The notes beneath the pieces are model-generated. The model had not been told where the DNA came from. It saw only the letters and a list, made by a program, of their open reading frames with translations, and searched no databases. The translations under genes were made by a program, and so were the position numbers. A stretch of 63,467 bases of DNA, filler included, from Myxococcota bacterium (GTDB lineage: Bacteria; Myxococcota; Myxococcia; Myxococcales; Myxococcaceae): NCBI GenBank assembly GCA_049322255.1. It is 3 parts of 3 records of this genome, joined end to end, with 100 filler letters (N's around TTAATTAATTAA, not from the genome) between each part and the next. Parts side by side here need not be neighbours in the genome. Positions count along the whole stretch, not along the records: positions 27,185 to 52,621 come from JBMORE010000055.1; 2 more parts are not named here. One strand, written 5' to 3'. Of this stretch, positions 39,858-48,896 are shown in pieces (position 1 is the first letter of the stretch; every line of letters begins with the position of its first letter).

Positions 39858-40526
39858 TTATTGCTTCTGGAGCTGGACGGTCAAAGACTGGAGGCCTCCG
39901 CTTGGCTGGAGCGTGAAGGACCCTGAAACGAAATCGGCTTCGGTGGGCTTGTATGAGAGCACGGATGAAACGGTGTCGTCGGAAAATGCATCAATATCGA
40001 AGGCCTGAAACTGAAACCCGGTGGTGAGCAGGTCGCTCGCCTTCGCGGTGCAGCCGCCGGAGTTCCATGTTGGGTTGTAGCTCGACGCCTCGGGAGTGGA
40101 GCTGTCGAAGGTTGTGGTGCTGAACGGTGGGCAGTCGAGGCGGATCACCACGTCGGGCGCGCTGTTGTCGCCGTCCCAGGAAGAGCCGTTGTTGTTGGGG
40201 GTGATGGTCGCGGCCGTGGGCTGTACCTTCCACATCGAATCCGGGTCAACACCGCACGTCTGCTCGACGCGGCAAATCTGGTTGGCCGAGCACGCGGCGC
40301 ACGCGGAGCCGTTCTTTCCGCATGCGGCGGCAGTGCTGCCGGGCTGGCAGGCGCCGCTCAGGCAGCAGCCGGCGCAATTCTGCGCGGTGCAGCCGGCGAC
40401 AGAGCCACCACCACCGCCGGCACCGCCGCTCCCTCCGGCGCCGCCCGTGCCGCCGCCGGTATTTCCGCCATCGCCGCCGCACGCGAAGAGAGAGAAACCA
40501 AGAAGAGACAGGGAAAGAAGGCGCAT
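39858..40526 (-). CDS. Cys-rich lipoprotein with Gly linker (provirus cargo)
   Basis: Lipobox LFAC, poly-Gly, CxxxxCxGCC module, beta-rich C-terminal domain. Confidence 0.75.
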   Translation of the reverse strand: MRLLSLSLLGFSLFACGGDGGNTGGGTGGAGGSGGAGGGGGSVAGCTAQNCAGCCLSGACQPGSTAAACGKNGSACAACSANQICRVEQTCGVDPDSMWKVQPTAATITPNNNGSSWDGDNSAPDVVIRLDCPPFSTTTFDSSTPEASSYNPTWNSGGCTAKASDLLTTGFQFQAFDIDAFSDDTVSSVLSYKPTEADFVSGSFTLQPSGGLQSLTVQLQKQ

Positions 40527-40714
40527 GATGGAAGCTCCGGTTTGAGAGGGAAAACAGCGGCCGGGAGGGCTAGCAATCTGTCGGGCGCTTGACAAGTGGC
40601 TTCGCGGCCGGGCAGTGTGGCGGCCAACTGAATAGGCAACCGCTCGGTTGGATTGCGGCCTCCGAGTGGTGGTAACAGCGTAAGCGCCTTGGGCGCGTGC
40701 GCGTTCGAAGCTTG

Positions 40715-40765
40715 GAAAGGCCCTCCGGGGCGGGTGCCGCAATCACCCAAACCGGCGGGCCTTTC
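40715..40765. promoter_or_regulatory. long hairpin in integrase leader
   Basis: GAAAGGCCC-T-CCGG..GGGTG/CACCC..CCGG-C-GGGCCTTTC. Confidence 0.5.
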
Positions 40766-40780
40766 GACTTTGGAGCGTGA

Positions 40781-41863
40781 ATGTCCGCTGTTCTGCCGTT
40801 CGTCCCCAAGCTGCCGGCGGGGGCGGGAGTGCCTACAGGGTTGGCGTTGCCTGAGTTGTGGCGGCAGTGGTGGCCCACCACCGGCCAGCGCATGGCCAAG
40901 AATACGCAGAAGGTGTACCGGCGCACCGAGGCGCTTTCGCACTCCCTGCCTTCGCACCCCTCCGTCTTGGACGTGGCGCACTGGCTCGCCGCGCTGGGGC
41001 GCATGGGGCACGGCGCCGGCACTGCCGAGCTGCGCCGTCAAGTGCTGGCCGCCCTCTACTCCTGGGGCATGTCGGCGGGGCTGGTGTCCGCCAACCCCGC
41101 CGCGCTGTGCAAAGGCATTCTCCACCGTCCACCCCGCGCCGACATTCACCCCGGCGTGCGCGAGTTGCTCGACGCCTGGCCGGCGCTGCTTTCCGCCTGC
41201 GCCACCGAGCGCGAGGCGGGCTTCTTGGGTGTCCTGCGCTTCGCCGGCCTACGTGAAGAAGAGGCGCTGGCCATGCGCGCCCGCGACGTGTTGCAGGCCC
41301 AGGAACCTTGGGGCCTTTCCGTCATGTACCAGCGCCCCCACGTCAACGACCTGGTGCGCGTCGCCGAGTGCAAGGGCCGGCGCGGGCGAGACTTGGAGGT
41401 GCGCCCCGAGCTGCGCGCGCTGCTCGCGCCGGTGTTGGCCCTGCCCCCGGCGGTGTTGCGCTTCGGCACCCGTTCTGCGGAACGGGTGAAGCGCGAGGTG
41501 GCCTGGCTCTTCCCCTTCCGTGAAGGAGAGCTACGCAAGTTCGCCGCCCGTCTGCGGGAGGTGGCCCCCGAGGCGCTTCTGCCCCGGCGCCTGTGGCACC
41601 ACTTCCGCCGCGCCTTCGCTTACGAGTTGCGCGCCGCTGGCGTCGCCATCGAGGACATTCGCGACTTGCTGGGGCACGAGTCGTCATTGACGACCGAAGG
41701 CTACTGCGGGCGCGTCCTGGGGCGCCGGGTGCGGCGCGGCATCTTCAACCCGCTTCTGGGTGGGAAAGGGCACCCCACCACCGAAGCGGCTTCTATCCGG
41801 GTTGGCAGTTCTAACCCTGATAGAAACGTCCCAAGTGCCCGCGGAGAAAGCGAAAATGAGTGA
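40781..41863 (+). CDS. tyrosine recombinase / integrase
   Basis: FAGLR, HHFRR, LLGH, TTEGY catalytic signature; ends 9 nt from the tRNA 3' end. Confidence 0.9.
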   Translation: MSAVLPFVPKLPAGAGVPTGLALPELWRQWWPTTGQRMAKNTQKVYRRTEALSHSLPSHPSVLDVAHWLAALGRMGHGAGTAELRRQVLAALYSWGMSAGLVSANPAALCKGILHRPPRADIHPGVRELLDAWPALLSACATEREAGFLGVLRFAGLREEEALAMRARDVLQAQEPWGLSVMYQRPHVNDLVRVAECKGRRGRDLEVRPELRALLAPVLALPPAVLRFGTRSAERVKREVAWLFPFREGELRKFAARLREVAPEALLPRRLWHHFRRAFAYELRAAGVAIEDIRDLLGHESSLTTEGYCGRVLGRRVRRGIFNPLLGGKGHPTTEAASIRVGSSNPDRNVPSARGESENE

Positions 41864-41872
41864 GGTAACAAG

Positions 41873-41943
41873 CTGGGGGACTAGGATTCGAACCTAGATA
41901 GCCAGATCCAGAGACTGGCGTCCTGCCTTTAGACGATCCCCCA
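41873..41943 (-). tRNA. tRNA-Gln (CTG)
   Basis: TGGGGGA acceptor stem, anticodon loop CT-CTG-GA, GGTTCGAATCC T-arm; CCA not encoded. Confidence 0.95.
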
Positions 41944-41951
41944 AGATCGCA

Positions 41952-42335
41952 TCAATTCTTTGGTTTCTTCTTCTCCTTCTTCTCCGCCGAGACGACGAAG
42001 ATTCTAACCTCGTCGTTCGCCTCGTAGATGTTCAAGCCCTCCCACCCTTTACCCGAAGGGTTGACGATGTGCACCGCCTTCACGCCCGGCTGGTTGATGA
42101 TCGCCCTCCGGGGGAAGGCTCCGGGCGCGTACACACCCTTGTAATATTTGAGCGTCTCTTCCCAGTTCTGCTTGGTCCGGTACCGGTTCTCTCCCACCTT
42201 TTGCGCGCCGTCCGGAAGCTGCGCGCCGCTCATCGTCTCGCCCCTGGCCAAGAAGGGAAGCAAGAGCAACCCCGCCAGCCAGAAAGGGCGCGTCTTATAA
42301 AAACGTGCTCCGAGGGTGTCAAGGCGAGCCGTCAC
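41952..42335 (-). CDS. conserved-looking exported hypothetical protein
   Basis: GTGA overlap with the CPBP gene; signal-like FWLAGLLLLP; LPDGAQKVGENRY... Confidence 0.65.
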   Translation of the reverse strand: MTARLDTLGARFYKTRPFWLAGLLLLPFLARGETMSGAQLPDGAQKVGENRYRTKQNWEETLKYYKGVYAPGAFPRRAIINQPGVKAVHIVNPSGKGWEGLNIYEANDEVRIFVVSAEKKEKKKPKN

Positions 42336-43090
42336 GGGCGCAAAAGATACGATCGGCTCGCCAGAAGGTCCATCCACACGGCCACGGCTCCGTGGAGGAA
42401 CGCGCCGTACCAGAAGCTCCGCGTACGCAGCGCCAACACCCCCAATGCCACCCCCGCGAGAATCGAACCCAGCGCCTCCAGCTCCGGCTTCCCCAAGTGC
42501 ATCACCGCGAACGGAGCGGTCTGAATCAAGATCGCTCCCGCCCTCCCGAAGCGAGGGAGCAGGCCGTTGAGCATCCACCCGCGGAACAAGAACTCCCAGC
42601 CGACGAAGTACGCGACGTACGCCGCCTCGTAGACCAAAAACAGCCACCCGCTGACGACGTCCTTGCCTCCGACGCGTAAGGTGAACGCACCCTGACCGGC
42701 CAAGGGGTAGGTGCCGGCGAAGGCTTTGCTTTGCGACGCGAGGTACGCCGCCGGCAGCATCACCGCCAAGAACAACACGCTGATGAGAAGCCCGGCGCGC
42801 CAGTGACCCAGCCCTAAGCCGTACGCCCGGTTGAAGCTGCCGCGGGTGGCGAAGGAGAGCGCCAGCGGAACCAGCAAGTACAGCACCAGGCTCGCTCCGA
42901 ACCACCAGAAGTAGGGCAGGGCGGCCGAGGCGGGGTGCTGGTTGAAGCGGTCGCCGAAGACGGTGCGGAAGTAGCTGGTCGAGGCCTGGTAGTGCGAGAT
43001 GACCAGCAGCGCGCTCGCGCCCAAAATGACGACCGCCGGTTCTCCGCCAAGCTCGCGAACGTAGCGGCGCAGCGAAAAGAGCGCCTTCAC
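42332..43090 (-). CDS. CPBP/Abi (CAAX-type) intramembrane glutamic endopeptidase
   Basis: WEFLFRG, FAVMH, FLH motifs, multiple TM segments. Confidence 0.88.
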   Translation of the reverse strand: MKALFSLRRYVRELGGEPAVVILGASALLVISHYQASTSYFRTVFGDRFNQHPASAALPYFWWFGASLVLYLLVPLALSFATRGSFNRAYGLGLGHWRAGLLISVLFLAVMLPAAYLASQSKAFAGTYPLAGQGAFTLRVGGKDVVSGWLFLVYEAAYVAYFVGWEFLFRGWMLNGLLPRFGRAGAILIQTAPFAVMHLGKPELEALGSILAGVALGVLALRTRSFWYGAFLHGAVAVWMDLLASRSYLLRP

Positions 43091-44511
43091 CCGATTCGAC
43101 CGAGCGCGGCGTCGATGCGCGACAGCGTCTCCTCACGGCCGATGATGTCCAGCGTGTCGCCGATGCCTGGGCTCGCCGTGCCGCCGGTCACCGCCACCCG
43201 AATCGCCTGCGCCACCTTGCCCATCCCCACGCCCGCCTCCTCGGCCACGGCCTTCACCAGCGCGTCCATCTCCGCGGGAGCCCACCCCGACGCCGCCAGC
43301 CGGTCGCGCGCCTTCTGGAGCAGCGGCTTGGTGTCGACGGTCAGGTGCTTCGCCGCCGCCTTTTCTTCGACCTTCACCCCGCGCGAAAAGAAGTACCCCG
43401 AGGCCGTCGCCATCTCCTTGAGCGTCTTGGCCCGCGCGCGCAAGGCCACTACCAGCTTCACCAGCCGCGCATCGCCCTCCGCCACCGCTACCCCCGCCTC
43501 GCGCAAGAAGGGAATCAGCCGCGCGGCGACGTCCACGGGAGGCAGCGATTTCAGATACTCCTGGTTCAGCCAGGCGAGCTTCTCCGGGTTCCACACGCCC
43601 GAGGTGCTTCCCACGTGGTCGAAGTCGAACCACTCGACCATCTTCGCCCGGGAGATGACCTCCTCGTCGCCGTGGCTCCAGCCCAGCCGCACCACGAAGT
43701 TGTTCAGCGCCTCGGGGAGAATGCCGTTGGCCTTGTGCAGCATCACGTCTGCCTCGGGGTGGCGCCGCTTCGAGAGCTTCTCCCGGTCGGGCCCCAAGAT
43801 GAGCGGGAAGTGCGCAAACTCGGGCGTGGGCCAACCCAGCGCCTGGTAGAGCAAGAGCTGAGGAAAGGTCGAGTTGACGTGCTCCTGGCCGCGCCCGACC
43901 AGGGTCACCTCCATCAGGTGGTCGTCGATGACGCAGCCGAAGTTGTAGAGGGGCACCCCGTCGCGCCGCACCATCACCCAGTCGTCCAAGTCGAAGTACG
44001 GCTTGGAGATGCTCCCCAGCACCTTGTCGGTGAACGTCGCCACCCCGTCACCGTCGGGCATCTTGAAGCGCACCACGAAGGGCTTGTCCGGCTCGTCCTT
44101 GCGGTGCCGGCAGGTGCCCTCGTACTTGTAGGTCTTCTTCTGGCCCTCGAAGATGGCCCGGCGCGCTTCGATTTCCTCTTTGGTGCAGTAGCAGCGATAC
44201 GCCTTGCCCGCGGCGATCAGCCGGTTCGTCCACTCCTGGTACAAGGCCATGCGCTCGGTCTGAAAGTACGGGCCATGCTTGCCTCCCACCTCCGGACCCT
44301 CGTCCCAGTCGATGCCCAGCCATTTCAACCCGTCGAGAATCGCCCGCACCGACTCGGGAGTGGAGCGCTCGCGGTCGGTATCCTCGATGCGCAAGATGAA
44401 CGCGCCCCCGTGACGCCGCGCGTAGAGCCAATTGAATAGAGCGGTGCGCGCCCCGCCGATATGGAGGTAGCCGGTCGGAGACGGAGCGAAGCGGGTGCGG
44501 ACCAAGGGCAT
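43087..44511 (-). CDS. gltX: glutamate--tRNA ligase
   Basis: RFAPSPTGYLHIGG, LRIEDTD, KLSKR. Confidence 0.97.
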   Translation of the reverse strand: MPLVRTRFAPSPTGYLHIGGARTALFNWLYARRHGGAFILRIEDTDRERSTPESVRAILDGLKWLGIDWDEGPEVGGKHGPYFQTERMALYQEWTNRLIAAGKAYRCYCTKEEIEARRAIFEGQKKTYKYEGTCRHRKDEPDKPFVVRFKMPDGDGVATFTDKVLGSISKPYFDLDDWVMVRRDGVPLYNFGCVIDDHLMEVTLVGRGQEHVNSTFPQLLLYQALGWPTPEFAHFPLILGPDREKLSKRRHPEADVMLHKANGILPEALNNFVVRLGWSHGDEEVISRAKMVEWFDFDHVGSTSGVWNPEKLAWLNQEYLKSLPPVDVAARLIPFLREAGVAVAEGDARLVKLVVALRARAKTLKEMATASGYFFSRGVKVEEKAAAKHLTVDTKPLLQKARDRLAASGWAPAEMDALVKAVAEEAGVGMGKVAQAIRVAVTGGTASPGIGDTLDIIGREETLSRIDAALGRIG

Positions 44512-44600
44512 GGGCGGCGGGCCTTAGCAAACGCAAAGGGCCGGGGCCAAGTGAGATTGCAGTGGCGCTTTCAGGTAGCGTGCGCCTTCAAGGAGTACCG

Positions 44601-45200
44601 ATGAAGACGGGATGGAAAAGCCTCGCCCTGTGCCTCGTCGCCGGCGCCGGGTTTGCGACGACGATGGTAGCGGTGGATGTACCCGGGTTGACCAAAGGCT
44701 CGGACGCCGTGGTGCACGGGAAAGTCACCGGCATCGAGGCCAAGTGGTCGGGAGACCGCCGGCGCATCTTCACCGAGGTGTCGCTCGAGGTGGTGGAGAC
44801 CTGGAAAGGGGCTCCACCGGCGCGGCTGGTCATCGTGCAGCCGGGTGGCGTGGTGGGAGACGTCGGCCAGCGCGTGGAGGGCGTCGCCCACTTTCGCGTG
44901 GGGGAGGAGGTGGTCGTCTTCCTCGAAGCGCGCGGCACCGGCCGCTACCTCGTGTCGGGAATGGCGCAAGGCAAATACCGCGTCGAGCGCTCGACCGACG
45001 GCCAACTCGCGCTCGCCGTCCCCGATTCTGCCGGGCCCGCGCGCATCCTCGATCCCCGCACCGGCCGGGAGGTACCCCAGCGGAGCACCGTGGTGAAGCT
45101 CGCCGAGCTGAAGGCCCAGGTGCGCGATGCCCAAGCCGAAGCTTCGCCGCCGTCGGTTGCTCCGGTCCCACCGCGCGCGCCGAGAAAGACCGTTCCGTGA
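44601..45200 (+). CDS. exported hypothetical protein
   Basis: Signal peptide; PGG..G..V.G...F..GE.V.VFL..GMAQGK pattern; coupled to the proteases. Confidence 0.7.
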   Translation: MKTGWKSLALCLVAGAGFATTMVAVDVPGLTKGSDAVVHGKVTGIEAKWSGDRRRIFTEVSLEVVETWKGAPPARLVIVQPGGVVGDVGQRVEGVAHFRVGEEVVVFLEARGTGRYLVSGMAQGKYRVERSTDGQLALAVPDSAGPARILDPRTGREVPQRSTVVKLAELKAQVRDAQAEASPPSVAPVPPRAPRKTVP

Positions 45201-46084
45201 CACCTGCTGCCGCGTTCGTTTCCGCGCTCTGCCTCGCTCAGGCGCCGCCTTACGTGCGAAGCAGGGTGACCAACGCCGACCCCGACTCGCACTGCCTGTG
45301 GTGGCGGGAGGAGACGAACATCGAGTTTCGCCAGCACCAGCGCGGTAACGACGAGACCACCGGCGACACCGAATTCGCTGCGGTGAGCGCCGCCTTCGCC
45401 AGCTGGCTGGCGGTGATGAACGGGTGCGGCAGCCTCCGCTTCACCGAAGGGCCGCGCACCACCCTCACCTCCATCGGCCACGACCCGCTGAGTGAAAGCA
45501 ACGAGAACATCGTTCTCTTCCGCACCCGCATGTGCACCGACTTGGTCGGCTCCAGCGATCAGTGCTGGCGGGATGACGACTGCATGAATCAATACGACTG
45601 CTGGGCGTACGCCCGGGGGACGATCGCCCTCACCACCACCGTCTTCGACCCGCAAAGCGGCCGTGTCCTCGGAGGGGACTTCGAGCTCAACTCGGTGTCT
45701 TTCATCTTCACCACGGTCGATGCGCCGCCGTGCGTTTCGCCGGTGTTCAACCAGTCGTGCGTGGCCACCGACGTTCAGAACACCATGACCCACGAGATTG
45801 GGCACCTGCTTGGGCTCGACCACACGCCCGCGCCCGGCTCGACGATGAATGCCAGCGCACCGGCGGGCGAGACTTCGAAGCGCGCCATCGACCCCGGCTC
45901 GCAGCAGTTCATCTGCGACACCTACCCTCCGGGAAAACCCTCGCGCGACTGCGTCATCCTGCAGGCCGACGGGACGTTGGGCGCTGCCGAGGGAGGCTGT
46001 GCCGGCTGCGCTACGGCGGCGTCCTCCCCGATGCTCTTGGCGCTGCTGGCATGGCTGAGGGCGCGGCGGAAGAGGAGCGCTTGA
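45197..46084 (+). CDS. matrixin-like zinc metalloprotease with MYXO-CTERM-like tail
   Basis: HEIGHLLGLDH, STM Met-turn, GGCAGC..LLALLAWLRARRKR. Confidence 0.85.
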   Translation: MTPAAAFVSALCLAQAPPYVRSRVTNADPDSHCLWWREETNIEFRQHQRGNDETTGDTEFAAVSAAFASWLAVMNGCGSLRFTEGPRTTLTSIGHDPLSESNENIVLFRTRMCTDLVGSSDQCWRDDDCMNQYDCWAYARGTIALTTTVFDPQSGRVLGGDFELNSVSFIFTTVDAPPCVSPVFNQSCVATDVQNTMTHEIGHLLGLDHTPAPGSTMNASAPAGETSKRAIDPGSQQFICDTYPPGKPSRDCVILQADGTLGAAEGGCAGCATAASSPMLLALLAWLRARRKRSA

Positions 46085-46977
46085 GCGCGCGCTGGCTCTC
46101 GTCTGCCCTCGTCGTGCTCCTGGGTGCAGGCGCCCACGCGCAGGAGTATCTGCGCACCCGCGTTCCGGGAAGCGACCTCTGTCTGACATGGCAGACGCGC
46201 GAGCTCACCTGGCACGCCGACGCCGCGGGCAGCGCGCGGACACCGGGTGAGTCGGAGCGTCTGGCCATCGAAGCTGCTTTTGCCAACTGGCAGGCGACTT
46301 CCGACGGCTGCTCGGACCTGCGCTTCCTTCCAGGGCCCCTCCTGGTCGACGCCAGCGTTGGCGGAGCGCTCGATGTGCCGAACCAGCACGTCATCGTCTT
46401 TCGCGAGACGAGCTGCCACACGGTGGTGCCCCAGGGCGATGGCTGCTTCGCCGATGGCACTTGCGCAAACCTCTACCGCTGTTGGGAGGGCAGCGAGCTC
46501 ACCCTCGCTCTCACCACCACCACCTTCAACTACCGCACCGGAGCCCTCGCCGACGCGGACGTCGAGCTCAACGCGGCGTCTTTCCTCTTCACCACCGTCG
46601 ACGCCCCTCCGTGCGAAGCAGGTGCCCAGTCGCCGCAGTGCGTGGCCATCGACGTGCAGAACACCTTGACCCACGAGATTGGTCACATCATCGGCCTCGA
46701 CCACGTGGCGCTTGCCGGCTCGACGATGGAGGCCTCGGCTCCCGTGGGAGAAACGGGCAAGCGCGTCATCGACCCGGGCACCGCGGCGGGGTTGTGCGAC
46801 ATCTACCCGCGCGCGCTGCCGGCGCGCTCCTGCGAGGAGACCGACCAGCTTCAGCACTCCGTGGTCGTACGCCGCCAGCCGCAAGGGTGCGGGTGCGCTG
46901 CGGCGGGAGCTCTGCTTCCTTGGGGTACCGTGTTGCTGCTCTGTGTCGGCGCCAGCGAACGCCGCCGAAATGGATGA
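46081..46977 (+). CDS. second matrixin-like metalloprotease with MYXO-CTERM-like tail
   Basis: HEIGHIIGLDH, STM, GCGC..LL..RRR; paralog of the previous gene. Confidence 0.85.
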   Translation: MSARWLSSALVVLLGAGAHAQEYLRTRVPGSDLCLTWQTRELTWHADAAGSARTPGESERLAIEAAFANWQATSDGCSDLRFLPGPLLVDASVGGALDVPNQHVIVFRETSCHTVVPQGDGCFADGTCANLYRCWEGSELTLALTTTTFNYRTGALADADVELNAASFLFTTVDAPPCEAGAQSPQCVAIDVQNTLTHEIGHIIGLDHVALAGSTMEASAPVGETGKRVIDPGTAAGLCDIYPRALPARSCEETDQLQHSVVVRRQPQGCGCAAAGALLPWGTVLLLCVGASERRRNG

Positions 46978-47031
46978 AAATCATCCGAGTCATGGTTGAA
47001 ATTCGTCCGAATACCGGGATGAAATACGACC
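46972..47031. repeat. three 15-bp quasi-palindromic repeats
   Basis: GGATGAAAATCATCC (46972), GGTTGAAATTCGTCC (46994), GGATGAAATACGACC (47017). Confidence 0.65.
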
Positions 47032-47327
47032 ATGTTTCGTCGGCGCCTCGAGCCTGCGCTGCTGCGGCTTTGACAGACACGCCCGTTGTCGTGGTGACAG
47101 GTCCCCGGCAGGCGGGCAAGAGCACCCTCGCCCGGGGCCTGGTCGACGACGGAACGCTCGGGCAGTACGTGACCCTCGACGACCTCAGCGCATTTTCCGC
47201 CGCGAAATCCAATCCTGCTGGGTTTCTCGCCGGGCTGGGAGAGTCGGCCGTCATCGATGAAGTCCAGCGGGCACCCGAGTTGCTCCTGCCGCGCAAAGCG
47301 GTGCCGCTGAGCGCGCTGTGGGCGTAG
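47032..47327 (+). pseudogene. frameshifted, internally deleted AAA_14/DUF4143-type ATPase
   Basis: MFRRRLEPALL then frameshift to ALTDTPVVVVTGPRQAGKST..YVTLDD..IDEVQRAPELL, jumping to AVPLSALW*. Confidence 0.75.
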
Positions 47328-47334
47328 GAACCCT

Positions 47335-48891
47335 TTAGGTCGCGGCGCCGGGAACGGGAGCGCGCGCGGGCTTGGCCGAGAGGGCGAGGTAGAGGCCGCC
47401 CGCGAGGAGGAAGCCGACGAACCACGCGTAGTCGTACAGGCCCATCGAGGCGCTGGCGAACGACACCCAGCCGGCGCTTCCGCGCGTGCTCAGCTCGGCA
47501 AGGTACTGTGTCTTGTTCCCGCCGGCGACGAGGGTGAAGAGGAAGCCGGGGAGGTTGGGGAGAATGCCGAGCACCGTGGCGAGTACCGCGGTCCAATGGA
47601 AGCCGCGGCTGTACTCGTACACGCCGCCGCGCCGGTAGAGGTCGGCCAGCTGAAGGCGCCGGCGCCGCACCAGAAAGTAGTCGGCGATCATCACTCCGCC
47701 GATCGGCCCCAACAGCGCCGAGTACCCGATGAGCCAGATGAAGAGGTAGGTCCCCGCGGAGGCGAGCAGCTTCCACGGCATGATGAGAAAGCCGATCACC
47801 GCGGTGATGTACCCGCCCATGCGGTAGCTGATTTTTCCCGGCTGCAAGTTGGAGAAGTCGTTGGCGGGTGAGACGACGTTGGCGGCGATGTTGGTCGACA
47901 GCGTCGCCAGGGAGATGGCGAACATCGCGACCACCGTCACCGCGGGGCTTCCCACCCGCGCCATCACGGTCACCGGGTTGTCAATCACCGTGCCGAAGAT
48001 GAGCGGGGTGGCGGCGGTCACGGCCACTCCGATGAAGGCGAACAAGCCCATGGTGGGTGGCAGGCCAATTGCCTGCCCGAGCACCTGGTCGCGCTGGCTT
48101 TTGGCGAAGCGGGTGAAGTCGGGGATGTTCAAAGACAGCGTCGCCCAGAAACCGACCATCGCCGTCAGGCCGGGGAAGAAGACCGTCCAGAACCCGGAGC
48201 CCTCGGGGAAGCTCGAGCCCTGCGAGAGCACCGCGCCCACCGAGCCCACCCGCACGAACGCCCAGACGAGCAGCCCCAAGCCGGCGACGATGAGGAAGGG
48301 CGCGGCGAAGGTCTCCATCCACTTGATCGATTCGGTGCCCTTCCAGATGAAGAAGACGTTGGTCAGCCAGAAGGCGACGAAGCACCCCAGCTGACCCGGA
48401 GACAAGCCCACCGCCAACCAGAACGGCCAGGCTCCTTCCTGCGCCTGCGGCGAGCCGGTCTCGGGGAGCGGGGCGAGGATGGGCGCGCCCGCATCGCCGA
48501 AGGAGTTGATGAGCTCGAAGATCGCCAACCCGCCGAACCAGGTCTGAATGCCGAACCAGCCGCACGCCACGATTGCTCGCATCACCGCGGGGACGTTCGC
48601 TCCCAAGACGCCGTAGCTCGCCCGCGCGAAGACAGGAAAGGGGATGCCGTACTGGGTGCCGGCGTGCGCGTTGAGCACCATGGGCAAAAGCACGATGACG
48701 TTACCCAAGGTGACGGTGATGACGCCTTGCCACCACGCCATGCCTTGGGCCACCAAGCCGCTGGCCAGCTGGTAGGTGGGAATGCAGATGCACATGCCGA
48801 CCCACAGCGCGGCGATGTGCCAGACGTTCCAGGTGCGCTTGTCGGCGGCGACCGGCGCCAAATCTTCGTTGTGGAGCTGAGGGTCGTGCAC
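47335..48891 (-). CDS. NCS1 family nucleobase:cation symporter
   Basis: NEDLAP..RTW, GIPFPV, ACGWFGIQTW, SLNIPDFTRF; GTG start at 48891. Confidence 0.92.
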   Translation of the reverse strand: MHDPQLHNEDLAPVAADKRTWNVWHIAALWVGMCICIPTYQLASGLVAQGMAWWQGVITVTLGNVIVLLPMVLNAHAGTQYGIPFPVFARASYGVLGANVPAVMRAIVACGWFGIQTWFGGLAIFELINSFGDAGAPILAPLPETGSPQAQEGAWPFWLAVGLSPGQLGCFVAFWLTNVFFIWKGTESIKWMETFAAPFLIVAGLGLLVWAFVRVGSVGAVLSQGSSFPEGSGFWTVFFPGLTAMVGFWATLSLNIPDFTRFAKSQRDQVLGQAIGLPPTMGLFAFIGVAVTAATPLIFGTVIDNPVTVMARVGSPAVTVVAMFAISLATLSTNIAANVVSPANDFSNLQPGKISYRMGGYITAVIGFLIMPWKLLASAGTYLFIWLIGYSALLGPIGGVMIADYFLVRRRRLQLADLYRRGGVYEYSRGFHWTAVLATVLGILPNLPGFLFTLVAGGNKTQYLAELSTRGSAGWVSFASASMGLYDYAWFVGFLLAGGLYLALSAKPARAPVPGAAT

Positions 48892-48896
48892 GCTAT

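Larger units (their letters stand above)
27185..41880. mobile_element. provirus integrated at tRNA-Gln 3' end, tailless (double-jelly-roll-type) virus candidate; left end lost in gap
   Basis: Tyrosine integrase abutting the tRNA 3' end, packaging-type ATPase, capsid candidate, spike, endolysin, many small coupled ORFs. Confidence 0.85.

Noticed and set aside
41871..41873. tRNA genes lacking encoded CCA
   Set aside because: Common in many bacteria; both tRNAs here share it, so it is not evidence of integration damage
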